NCBI GenBank assembly: GCA_002482775.1
Contig: DLGQ01000002.1
Span: 22,729 to 86,728 of the forward strand
Direction of reading: 5' to 3'
DNA length: 64,000 nt
Source of the DNA: Flavobacteriales bacterium UBA7690
Lineage (GTDB): Bacteria > Bacteroidota > Bacteroidia > Flavobacteriales_F > PHOS-HE28
Under the pieces are notes generated by a model. That model was not told the DNA's origin, made no database searches, and worked only from the letters and a program-made list of their open reading frames with translations. Shown here one piece after another: positions 54,755 to 62,949 of the stretch (the stretch's first letter is position 1; each line of letters begins with the position of its first letter). Both the position numbers and the translations under genes were made by a program.

Positions 54755-55524
54755 CCTCAACCCTGCAGCAAGAGGAGCGACGGGATAGGGCCACCGGCAT
54801 GATCACGACCATCGTGATGCACGTGGTGCTGCTGATCCTGTTCATGTTCATCGGCCTGAAACACTTCGACCCACCCCTGCCCGAGGAAACGGTGGAAGTA
54901 GCCATGGCCGACTTCGGTACAACCGACGATGGCGGAGGTGAACAACCTTCCAAGGACCCCGGAGGTGAACAAAGCGCTGCGCCTGTAACGCCGGAACAGG
55001 AAGAAGATGTGGCCACGGAGGAGGACAGTGAGGTTGAAGTGGTGAAGCCCAAGATCCCTAAACCGGTGACCAAGCCAACACCGAAACCCGTGAAACCGAA
55101 AGAGCCCACGGTGGACAACCGGTTGTCCGAGGCACTGAACAATTGGAACAAGCCCGGACAACAGCCCGCCGATGGGCCTGACAAAACAAAGCCGGGCGAC
55201 CCCGGTGTGAAGGACGGAAAGGTTGGAGGGATCGGGGCCATGCGCGGTGATGGATGGGAACTGCGTGGAGGTGGACGCGGTCTGGCCCGTGGCCCTGACC
55301 TGAGCGAACGGCCCGAGTTGCAGAACGCTACGTGGGTGGAGGTGAAGGTGATCGTTGATCGTGCAGGCGCTGTACTTCGAGTCTCCGTGGCAGGCACCGG
55401 TACGCCGGATGTGGCCATACAGAATGTGGCCTTGCGGGCCGCCAAGACTTGTCGCTTCGTGGCTATGCCAGACGGCCCACCCGAACAAGCTCACTACATC
55501 AAGCTGCGGTTCTTCCCCGGCTAG
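54751..55524 (+). CDS. tonB: TonB-like energy transducer
   Basis: ATG 54751 overlaps the exbD stop. It has a TM helix, a Pro/Lys/Glu-rich spacer (KPKIPKPVTKPTPKPVKPKEP) and a C-terminal TonB-like domain. Confidence 0.7.
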   Translation: MTSTLQQEERRDRATGMITTIVMHVVLLILFMFIGLKHFDPPLPEETVEVAMADFGTTDDGGGEQPSKDPGGEQSAAPVTPEQEEDVATEEDSEVEVVKPKIPKPVTKPTPKPVKPKEPTVDNRLSEALNNWNKPGQQPADGPDKTKPGDPGVKDGKVGGIGAMRGDGWELRGGGRGLARGPDLSERPELQNATWVEVKVIVDRAGAVLRVSVAGTGTPDVAIQNVALRAAKTCRFVAMPDGPPEQAHYIKLRFFPG

Positions 55525-55527
55525 TCC

Positions 55528-56748
55528 ATGATGACCTACGCCCAGACGTTGGCGTACCTCTACGCGCAGCTTCCGATGTTCCAACGCATCGGCAAGGCTG
55601 CGTACAAGGCCGACCTTTCCAATACCCACGCGCTCATGGACCTCACCGGTCATCCGGAGCGCGGCTTGCGTTGCGTGCATGTAGCTGGCACGAACGGCAA
55701 AGGCAGCACCAGCCATTTGATCGCAAGCGTACTTCAGGAGGCCGGTTACAAAGTCGGCTTGCACACCTCGCCACACCTGAAGGATCTCCGTGAACGTTTC
55801 CGCATCAATTGGGATATGATCGCAGAAAATGAGGTCGTTCGTTTCGTGGAAGCGTACCGCGCGGACTTCGAACCCATCCAGGCGTCCTTCTTCGAATGGG
55901 GCGTAGCGCTGGCGTTGTGGTGGTTCCGCGAGGAGCAGGTGGACATCGCGATCATGGAGACCGGCATGGGCGGCAGGCTGGACAGCACCAACGTGATAAC
56001 GCCGGATGTGAGCGTGATCACCAACATCGGCTGGGATCATATGGACTTCCTCGGTTCAACGTTGGAAGCCATCGCCGGGGAAAAAGCAGGGATCATCAAG
56101 CCCGGCGTGCCTGTGATCGTTGGCGAAGCAGAGGCTACCGTGGCGGATGTGTTCCGTGCGAAGGCGCTAGCCGTCGGTTCACAGCTCTCGATCGTTGATC
56201 AGGAAGGTCCTCTTCCCTTCCCAAGTGGCCTGCAAGGCGAACACCAGGAACGCAACGCACGCACTGCGCTCACCGCATTGGTGCAGTTGCGTGAACGTGG
56301 CTGGGCGATCAGTGATGCGCACATCCAAGCTGGATTCCGCAATGTGGTGCGCAACACGGGATTGCTGGGCCGCTGGCAACTACTGGCCGATGTGCCGCTC
56401 ACCATCGCCGATGTGGCCCACAACGTGGACGGCCTCCGGGCGGTGAAGCGCATGCTGGAGTGCCAGCCGTACGAGCACTTGCACATCATCCTGGGCATGG
56501 TGAACGACAAGGACCTGAGCCGTGTGCTGGCCGAACTTCCGAAGAACGCCACCTACTACTTCTGTAAAGCGGACATCCCGCGTGGTCTGGACGCCGAAAT
56601 TTTACGGTCCAACGCGGCCTCTCACGGCCTTCGTGGAGCTCATTTCCCCTCTGTCAACGCCGCTTACCAAGCAGCCAACCAGGCCGCTGCGATGAACGAC
56701 CTCGTGCTGGTAACCGGAAGTGTATTCGTGGTGGCAGAGGTTGTTTGA
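55528..56748 (+). CDS. folC: bifunctional folylpolyglutamate synthase / dihydrofolate synthase
   Basis: HVAGTNGKGST P-loop and a Mur-ligase-like fold. Confidence 0.9.
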   Translation: MMTYAQTLAYLYAQLPMFQRIGKAAYKADLSNTHALMDLTGHPERGLRCVHVAGTNGKGSTSHLIASVLQEAGYKVGLHTSPHLKDLRERFRINWDMIAENEVVRFVEAYRADFEPIQASFFEWGVALALWWFREEQVDIAIMETGMGGRLDSTNVITPDVSVITNIGWDHMDFLGSTLEAIAGEKAGIIKPGVPVIVGEAEATVADVFRAKALAVGSQLSIVDQEGPLPFPSGLQGEHQERNARTALTALVQLRERGWAISDAHIQAGFRNVVRNTGLLGRWQLLADVPLTIADVAHNVDGLRAVKRMLECQPYEHLHIILGMVNDKDLSRVLAELPKNATYYFCKADIPRGLDAEILRSNAASHGLRGAHFPSVNAAYQAANQAAAMNDLVLVTGSVFVVAEVV

Positions 56749-56758
56749 AGTGTTCCGC

Positions 56759-56766
56759 TATATTTG
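56759..56766 (+). promoter_or_regulatory. -7 box TATATTTG upstream of tRNA-Val
   Basis: TAnnTTTG match 54 nt upstream of the tRNA 5' end. Confidence 0.35.
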
Positions 56767-56820
56767 CCGCCCCTTAGCGCCCTCAGAAATGCTGGCGCCC
56801 GTTCTTTCGAAAGGTATAAT

Positions 56821-56895
56821 GGAGGCATAGCTCAGCTGGTTCAGAGCATCTGCCTTACAAGCAGAGGGTCGCTGGTTCGAATCCGGCTGCCTCCA
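56821..56895 (+). tRNA. tRNA-Val (anticodon TAC)
   Basis: Hand-folded cloverleaf: acceptor GGAGGCA/TGCCTCC, D-stem GCTC/GAGC, anticodon stem TCTGC/GCAGA with loop CTTACAA, T-arm GCTGG-TTCGAAT-CCGGC. Confidence 0.9.
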
Positions 56896-56901
56896 CCCTC
56901 A

Positions 56902-56936
56902 CCAACGCAGCGCCCCGTGCGCTGCGTTGGTTTTTC
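56902..56936 (+). terminator. intrinsic terminator between the two tRNA genes
   Basis: 12-bp stem CCAACGCAGCGC/GCGCTGCGTTGG with a 5-nt loop, followed by TTTTT. Confidence 0.75.
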
Positions 56937-56941
56937 GTTTT

Positions 56942-57016
56942 GGGATGTTAGCTCAGCTGGTTTAGAGCGCATGCTTCACACGCATGAGGTCACTGGTTCG
57001 AATCCAGTACGTCCCA
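56942..57016 (+). tRNA. tRNA-Val (anticodon CAC)
   Basis: Cloverleaf: acceptor GGGATGT/ACGTCCC (one G-U pair), anticodon stem CATGC/GCATG with loop TTCACAC, T-arm ACTGG-TTCGAAT-CCAGT. Confidence 0.9.
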
Positions 57017-57034
57017 CACTTGTTCACTGACCTG

Positions 57035-57062
57035 AAAGCCCCGCCGGAGCGGGGCTTTTTGT
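57035..57062 (+). terminator. intrinsic terminator after tRNA-Val(CAC)
   Basis: 10-bp stem AAAGCCCCGC/GCGGGGCTTT with loop CGGA, followed by TTG. Confidence 0.75.
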
Positions 57063-57315
57063 TGCAGTATCCGATCATAGAGTTAAGGTTCGCCGCCTCA
57101 CGCACGCTGGTCATTGGTTCGCCCCGCAGCGGATGCGGGGCTAGTGCATTCCAAATCGTACCGTTCAGAACGAACGACCAAGGCCTCGACAACAGTGGTG
57201 TTCAGCATTTCTGCATTCCTCGATCCAGCACGGTCAAATGTGCCGTACATGCATTGCCGCAGATCGTGGACAACTTTTGTTTAATGTTAACTAGCAAACT
57301 ATGAACACTTTTGTT

Positions 57316-57323
57316 TAGCTTTG
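57316..57323 (+). promoter_or_regulatory. -7 box TAGCTTTG upstream of the carotenoid-operon sigma gene
   Basis: TAnnTTTG match 34 nt upstream of ATG 57358, inside an AT-rich patch that carries an 11-bp direct repeat. Confidence 0.45.
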
Positions 57324-57357
57324 AGCCTCGAACATTACACAATTCCGCCCATCAGCC

Positions 57358-57867
57358 ATGTCCACCCTCGAATTCCAGCAACAGCTTCTCGGAGTCCGGC
57401 AGCAGCTCTACTACTTCGCGTTGAGCTTGACCAAGGATCGTGACAATGCAGCGGACCTGCTTCAGGAAAGCCTGATGCGAGCCCTCACCTACCGCGACAA
57501 GTTCCGCGACAATACCAATTTCAAGGCGTGGGTTTATACGATCATGAAGAACACCTTCATCAACGAACATCGCCGTGCGAAGCGGACGAAGGTGATCATG
57601 GACAATACCGATCGTGAACAAGACCAGGTTCGCCGGGTGCAACAACCCAATAGTCCGGACTCTACAGTGAAGATGGCCGAGATCCAGCGTAGTTTGGACC
57701 GGTTGGACATCGCCTTCCGCGAACCCTTCACCATGCACCACGAGGGCTACAAATACCACGAGATCGCCGATCAGTTGGGCATCCCCATCGGCACGGTGAA
57801 GAGCAGGATCTTCCAAGCCCGCCATCGGCTGATGGAGATGTTGACCGACAAGAACATGGTCGCGTGA
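57358..57867 (+). CDS. ECF-type RNA polymerase sigma factor heading the carotenoid/photolyase operon
   Basis: 169 aa. Region 2 FKAWVYTIMKNTFINEHRR and region 4 YHEIADQLGIPIGTVKSRIFQARHRL. Its TGA overlaps the crtI GTG start (GTGA). Confidence 0.85.
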   Translation: MSTLEFQQQLLGVRQQLYYFALSLTKDRDNAADLLQESLMRALTYRDKFRDNTNFKAWVYTIMKNTFINEHRRAKRTKVIMDNTDREQDQVRRVQQPNSPDSTVKMAEIQRSLDRLDIAFREPFTMHHEGYKYHEIADQLGIPIGTVKSRIFQARHRLMEMLTDKNMVA

Positions 57868-59381
57868 AACCCACGGCGATCGTCATAGGCGCTGGTTTCT
57901 CCGGCATCGCAGCTGCTGCATCCTTGGCGCGGCGAGGCTTCCAGGTGGACCTGCTGGAGAAGAACGGCTCACCCGGCGGTCGCGCGAGCGTGTGGCGGAA
58001 GGATGGATTCACATTCGACATGGGGCCGAGTTTCTACTGGATGCCCGAGGTGTTCGAGCGCTTCTTTGCCGAGTTCGGAGAGAAACCCAGCGACCATTAT
58101 GAACTCCGACGCTTGGATCCTTCTTACAAAGTCGTCTTCGGGAAAGATGATGAAATGTCCCTCCCTGCGAAGCGGAAAGACCAACACATCCTGTTCGAGC
58201 GCTATGAGCCTGGTGCTTCCATAGCCTTGGACGAATTCCTTGCCGAAGCCAAGATCAAGTACGACCTCGGCATGGGCGAACTGGTCTATCGGCCATCGTT
58301 GTCGTGGATGGAATACGCCCGACCTGATGTGATCAGTGGGCTGCTGAAGACCTCTGTACTTCGGTCGTTGCGGAAACATGTACGCGACCATTTCGACGAG
58401 CCCCGCTTGCGCGCCTTGATGGAGTTCCCGGTACTGTTCCTGGGTGCATCGCCACAGAACACGCCGGCACTGTACAGCTTGATGAACTACGCCGATCTGG
58501 AACTTGGCACATGGTATCCCATGGGTGGCATGGGGAAGGTGGTGGACGGTATGCTGAACGTTGCGAAGCGGCAAGGCGTGCAGGTGCAGTTGGGCTGTTC
58601 GGTGGAGCGCGTTCTGGTGGAAGAAGGTCGCGCGGTGGGGATCGTCACGGATCGCGGGGAACAGCGGGCCGATGTGGTGGTGGCCAGCGCAGATTACCAC
58701 CATGTTGAGCAGCACCTTCTACCCGAAAAGCATCGCTCCTACACCGCACAGTATTGGGCGAAACGGAAAATGGCACCCTCCAGCTTGTTGTTCTACCTCG
58801 GCCTCGATCGCCGTGTACCGAATGCCGAACACCACACGCTGTTCTTCGATGAACAGTTGGACGTCCACTCCGCCGAGATCTACGACAACCCTTCGTGGCC
58901 CAGCAAGCCGTTGTTCTACGTGAGCTGCTCCAGCAAGACGGACGCATCCGTTGCGCCACCGGGGCACGAGAACATGGTGATCTTGATACCGATCGCGCCA
59001 GGTTTGGAAGACACGGAGGCTACGCGCGAGCACTACTACACCGTGGTGATGGAACGTATGAGAACACACTTCGGCCTAGACCTGCGCCCGCATGTCGTGC
59101 TCAAACGCGGCTACTGCATCAACGACTTGGAACACGACTACAACGCCTTCCGCGGCAACGCGTACGGACTGGCCAACACCATCATGCAGACCGGCCCGTT
59201 GCGGCCTAGCATGAAGAGCAAGAAGGTGAAAGGCCTATATTACACGGGCCAGCTCACCGTTCCCGGTCCGGGCGTTCCACCGGCGATCATAAGTGGCCAA
59301 GTGGTGGCCGAGTTGATAGAGAAAGAGACCGCACAACATACCACCGCCCGCGCGCAGCGGCCAAAGGTCATCACAGCATGA
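57864..59381 (+). CDS. crtI: phytoene desaturase
   Basis: FAD motif VIGAGFSGIAAA and about 505 aa of CrtI-like sequence ending ...YYTGQLTVPGPGVPPAIISG. Confidence 0.9.
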   Translation: MKPTAIVIGAGFSGIAAAASLARRGFQVDLLEKNGSPGGRASVWRKDGFTFDMGPSFYWMPEVFERFFAEFGEKPSDHYELRRLDPSYKVVFGKDDEMSLPAKRKDQHILFERYEPGASIALDEFLAEAKIKYDLGMGELVYRPSLSWMEYARPDVISGLLKTSVLRSLRKHVRDHFDEPRLRALMEFPVLFLGASPQNTPALYSLMNYADLELGTWYPMGGMGKVVDGMLNVAKRQGVQVQLGCSVERVLVEEGRAVGIVTDRGEQRADVVVASADYHHVEQHLLPEKHRSYTAQYWAKRKMAPSSLLFYLGLDRRVPNAEHHTLFFDEQLDVHSAEIYDNPSWPSKPLFYVSCSSKTDASVAPPGHENMVILIPIAPGLEDTEATREHYYTVVMERMRTHFGLDLRPHVVLKRGYCINDLEHDYNAFRGNAYGLANTIMQTGPLRPSMKSKKVKGLYYTGQLTVPGPGVPPAIISGQVVAELIEKETAQHTTARAQRPKVITA

Positions 59382-60220
59382 ACACGCTAGCGCTCTACGA
59401 CGATGTTTGCTTGAAAGCAAGTCGTACCACGACCAGCAGTTACAGCACCTCGTTCTCACTTGGCATCCGCTCACTGGACAAGGACCTGCGTGGGCCGATC
59501 AATGCCATCTATGGCTTCGTGCGTTTCGCGGACGAGATCGTGGACACCTTCCACGGCTATGATAAAGCCAGATTGTTAGCTCGCTTCCGCGAAGACACGC
59601 ACACGGCGATCAAGGAAGGCATCAGCCTGAACCCGATCCTGCACAGCTTCCAACGCATCGTGAACGGCTATGGCATCGAGGCTGAGTTGTACGTCACTTT
59701 CCTGGACAGCATGGCGATGGACCTACAGGACCGCACCTACGACCAGCGTGCGTACGAGACCTACATCCTCGGCAGTGCGGAGGTGGTAGGCCTGATGTGC
59801 CTGCGTGTCTTCTGCAAGAACGACGATGCGCTCTACCAACGGTTGAAACCGGCTGCCATGCGATTGGGCGCTGCCTTCCAGAAGGTGAATTTCTTGCGCG
59901 ATCTGCGCGACGACCACCAGAACCTGGGGCGCACCTATTTCCCCGGAGTGGATGTAACGCGTATGGACAGCACCACCAAGCGCCGGATCGAAGACGACAT
60001 CCGTGCGGACATGGACGCTGCGCTCGTGGGCATCAAACAACTTCCGCGCGGCTCGCGGTTCGGAGTGTACATGGCCTACGTGTACTACCTCACGCTGTTC
60101 AAGAAGATCCAGTCGCTGCCGTGCGATCGCATCCTGAAAGAGCGCATCCGCGTGCGCAACCGGTGGAAACTGGCGTTGCTCACCACGAGCTATGTACGCC
60201 ACAGCCTTGGTCTCTTGTAG
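59378..60220 (+). CDS. crtB: phytoene synthase
   Basis: Squalene/phytoene synthase motifs (YGFVRFADEIVD, ...AFQKVNFLRDLRDD). ATGA overlap with crtI. Confidence 0.9.
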   Translation: MNTLALYDDVCLKASRTTTSSYSTSFSLGIRSLDKDLRGPINAIYGFVRFADEIVDTFHGYDKARLLARFREDTHTAIKEGISLNPILHSFQRIVNGYGIEAELYVTFLDSMAMDLQDRTYDQRAYETYILGSAEVVGLMCLRVFCKNDDALYQRLKPAAMRLGAAFQKVNFLRDLRDDHQNLGRTYFPGVDVTRMDSTTKRRIEDDIRADMDAALVGIKQLPRGSRFGVYMAYVYYLTLFKKIQSLPCDRILKERIRVRNRWKLALLTTSYVRHSLGLL

Positions 60221-60760
60221 ATGATGCAGAACGGAACGCACGAAGAAGTGATCCTGGTGAACGAACGCGATGAAGCGATCGGCACCATGGAGAAACAGGA
60301 AGCGCATCGGAAGGGACTACTTCACCGAGCGTTCTCCATCTTCCTGTTCGACGCGGAAGGTCGTCTCCTGTTGCAACAGCGTGCGGCGGAGAAGTACCAC
60401 TCCGCATCGCTGTGGACCAACACCTGCTGCAGCCATCCGCGTCCCGGCGAAGAACTGGCACTTGCCGCAGCACGGCGCTTACACGAAGAGATGGGCCAAA
60501 CTGCCGTTCTCGAACCTCGCTTCACCTTCACGTACCGCGCAGAAGTGGGCAATGGCTTGATCGAGCACGAATTGGACCATGTGTTCTTCGGCCGTGCAAC
60601 CTCCGATCCTGTTCCAGACCCTGCCGAAGTACGAGCATGGCGCTACGTGGACATGGATGAACTGCGCTTGGAAATGGAAACATACCCCGAGCGTTTCACA
60701 ACCTGGTTGCGCATCTGTTTGCCCTTGGTCTCCGAGCAGTTGTTCACGGAACGGGCATGA
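60221..60760 (+). CDS. idi: isopentenyl-diphosphate delta-isomerase, type 1 (Nudix fold)
   Basis: LHRAFSIFLFD...WTNTCCSHP...E motifs. It starts immediately after the crtB stop. Confidence 0.9.
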   Translation: MMQNGTHEEVILVNERDEAIGTMEKQEAHRKGLLHRAFSIFLFDAEGRLLLQQRAAEKYHSASLWTNTCCSHPRPGEELALAAARRLHEEMGQTAVLEPRFTFTYRAEVGNGLIEHELDHVFFGRATSDPVPDPAEVRAWRYVDMDELRLEMETYPERFTTWLRICLPLVSEQLFTERA

Positions 60761-62100
60761 AGAAACCCCGGATCAGCATCCACTGGTTCCGTCGCGACCT
60801 ACGGCTCCAAGACAACCACGGCTTCTTCCGCGCGCTCACAGAGCACGGTGATGTGTTGCCCCTCTTCATCTTCGATAGCAACATCCTGGATAAGCTGGGC
60901 ACCACCCACGACCGCCGTGTGGACTTCATCCACCGCACGTTGCACGGCCTGCAAGGGCAGCTTGTCACCGCAGGAAGCAGCTTACGTGTGGAACACGGTG
61001 ATCCGATCGCCGTTTGGAAGCGGTTGCTGGACACGTACGACATCTCCGCGGTAACCACCAACCACGACCACGAGCAGTATGCGAACGAGCGTGATTCCCA
61101 GGTGGCCGCACTGTTGACCGCGAAGGGCATCCCCTTCCGATCCTTCAAGGACATCAGCATCTTCGAGCGCGGCGAGATCCTGAAGGACGATGGAAAGCCG
61201 TACACCGTCTACACGCCCTACTCGCGTAAATGGCACGCGCACTTCAAGCCGGAAATGGAAGAGCCTTTCCCAAGCGAGGCACACCTTCATCGGCTCTGGA
61301 AGACGGCCCCGCTCCCTCTACCCTCGTTGGCCTCGTTCGGTTTCGAGCGCACCGATCTGGAGGTACCATCCCTGCATGTTCCCGACAAGCTCCTGAAGCA
61401 CTACGGTGAGACACGGAACCTCCCTGCTTTGGAAGGCACCAGCAAGATGAGCACCCACCTGCGGTTCGGTACGGTTAGCGTGCGCGAATTGGTGCGGCGG
61501 GGCCGGAAACTGAACGCCACCTACCTCAACGAGCTGATCTGGAGGGAGTTCTTCATGCAGATCCTATGGCACTTCCCGCATCCGGAACGGGCCTTCAAAC
61601 CCGCATACGACAACATCCCCTGGAAGGCCGATGAAACTGGATTCCAAGCTTGGTGCGCAGGAAGAACGGGCTACCCATTGGTGGACGCGGGCATGCGAGA
61701 ATTGAACGCTACCGGCCTGATGCACAACCGGGTACGCATGGTGGTGGCCAGCTTCCTCACCAAGCACCTCCTGATCGACTGGCGCTGGGGCGAGGCCTAC
61801 TTCGCGCAGCAACTCCTTGATTTCGAGCTAAGTAGCAATAATGGAGGCTGGCAGTGGGCTTCGGGCTCAGGATGCGACGCCGCGCCCTACTTTCGCGTCT
61901 TCAATCCGAAGCTGCAACAAGAGCGTTTCGACCCTCAGTTAAACTATGTCAAAAAGTGGGTACAGGAGTATGGTAGTGCGAACTATGCAACGCCAATTGT
62001 CGTTCACGAGGTAGCCCGGAACCGAGCCATCGAGACTTACAAGCTCGGGCTTGGCGAGAAAGGCGGCGGGAACGAACGACAAACTAAGCTCTTTGCATAA
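60757..62100 (+). CDS. photolyase/cryptochrome family flavoprotein
   Basis: N-terminal IHWFRRDLRLQDN and C-terminal GGWQWASGSGCDAAPYFRVFNP. I cannot separate CPD photolyase from DASH cryptochrome by eye. Confidence 0.9.
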   Translation: MKKPRISIHWFRRDLRLQDNHGFFRALTEHGDVLPLFIFDSNILDKLGTTHDRRVDFIHRTLHGLQGQLVTAGSSLRVEHGDPIAVWKRLLDTYDISAVTTNHDHEQYANERDSQVAALLTAKGIPFRSFKDISIFERGEILKDDGKPYTVYTPYSRKWHAHFKPEMEEPFPSEAHLHRLWKTAPLPLPSLASFGFERTDLEVPSLHVPDKLLKHYGETRNLPALEGTSKMSTHLRFGTVSVRELVRRGRKLNATYLNELIWREFFMQILWHFPHPERAFKPAYDNIPWKADETGFQAWCAGRTGYPLVDAGMRELNATGLMHNRVRMVVASFLTKHLLIDWRWGEAYFAQQLLDFELSSNNGGWQWASGSGCDAAPYFRVFNPKLQQERFDPQLNYVKKWVQEYGSANYATPIVVHEVARNRAIETYKLGLGEKGGGNERQTKLFA

Positions 62101-62102
62101 CA

Positions 62103-62264
62103 ATGCCACGTAAAAAGAAAGCCATCATCCTGAGCCAACCGGTGAAAGAGGGATTGAAGGCCATTAAAGTCCGGTTGGACGCACGCACCATCATTACCGT
62201 AGCGAGCAATAAAGCGCTGGAGATCTGGCGCGGTCGTTACCCCAAATTGGAAGTGATCGGTTGA
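62103..62264 (+). CDS. small ORF (53 aa), unknown function, paralogue 1
   Basis: Below the track cutoff. MPRKKKAIILSQPVKEGLKAIKVRLDARTIITVASNKALEIWRGRYPKLEVIG. It starts 2 nt after the photolyase stop. Confidence 0.5.
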   Translation: MPRKKKAIILSQPVKEGLKAIKVRLDARTIITVASNKALEIWRGRYPKLEVIG

Positions 62265-62286
62265 TCCTTCCGCAACGAAGAAGAAC

Positions 62287-62448
62287 ATGCCACGCAAGAA
62301 GCCCGCTATCATTCTGGAACGTCCGATCAAGGCGGGAGTGAAGGAGATCAAGGTCCGTCTGGATTCACGCACCGTCATCACCGTCTCCTCCCAAAAAGCG
62401 CTCGCCGCCTGGAAGCTGCGCTACCCCAAATTGGAGGTCATCGGTTAA
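62287..62448 (+). CDS. small ORF (53 aa), unknown function, paralogue 2
   Basis: MPRKKPAIILERPIKAGVKEIKVRLDSRTVITVSSQKALAAWKLRYPKLEVIG. 38 of 53 residues are identical to paralogue 1. It ends 3 nt before the next ATG. Confidence 0.5.
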   Translation: MPRKKPAIILERPIKAGVKEIKVRLDSRTVITVSSQKALAAWKLRYPKLEVIG

Positions 62449-62451
62449 GCC

Positions 62452-62946
62452 ATGGCCCGGCACGTGCTGGAGCGGTCGCAGGAATTGCCCATCACGGTGG
62501 AGCAGGCTTGGGCATTCTTCAGCAGCCCGCGCAACCTGGCCCGGATAACCCCGCCGGACATGGGGTTCGTGATCCACGAACCGTTCGACGATAAGCCTAC
62601 CTATTCCGGACAGCGGATCACCTACACGGTGCGTCCGCTGTTCGGCTTTCCGGTGGGCTGGGTCACGCGCATTGCGGAAGTGGATGCGCCGCACCGTTTC
62701 GTGGACACCCAGGAGAAGGGCCCTTATGCGCTGTGGCACCACACGCACACTTTCACAGCCGTGGAAGCAGGTGTCCTCATGCACGACCGCGTGGAGTACG
62801 AATTGCCACTGGGCCCGCTCGGCGAATTGGCCCACCTGATCCTGGTGAAGCACAAATTGAAGGCGATCTTCGAATTCCGGAAGCAGGCGCTGGAGCGGAT
62901 CTTCCCACTGCGGAGCGAACTTTCGAGACCATCCGTTGTTGCTTGA
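62452..62946 (+). CDS. SRPBCC (START/Bet v1-like) ligand-binding protein
   Basis: 164 aa. The sequence (ITVEQAWAFFSSPRNLARITPP...GPYALWHHTHTF) resembles the SRPBCC proteins seen in bacteroidetal carotenoid clusters. Confidence 0.7.
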   Translation: MARHVLERSQELPITVEQAWAFFSSPRNLARITPPDMGFVIHEPFDDKPTYSGQRITYTVRPLFGFPVGWVTRIAEVDAPHRFVDTQEKGPYALWHHTHTFTAVEAGVLMHDRVEYELPLGPLGELAHLILVKHKLKAIFEFRKQALERIFPLRSELSRPSVVA

Positions 62947-62949
62947 CCG

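Noticed and set aside
54757-56040. 427-aa minus-strand ORF opposite tonB and folC
   Set aside because: It spans two unrelated, well-supported plus-strand genes, so it is an antisense artefact.
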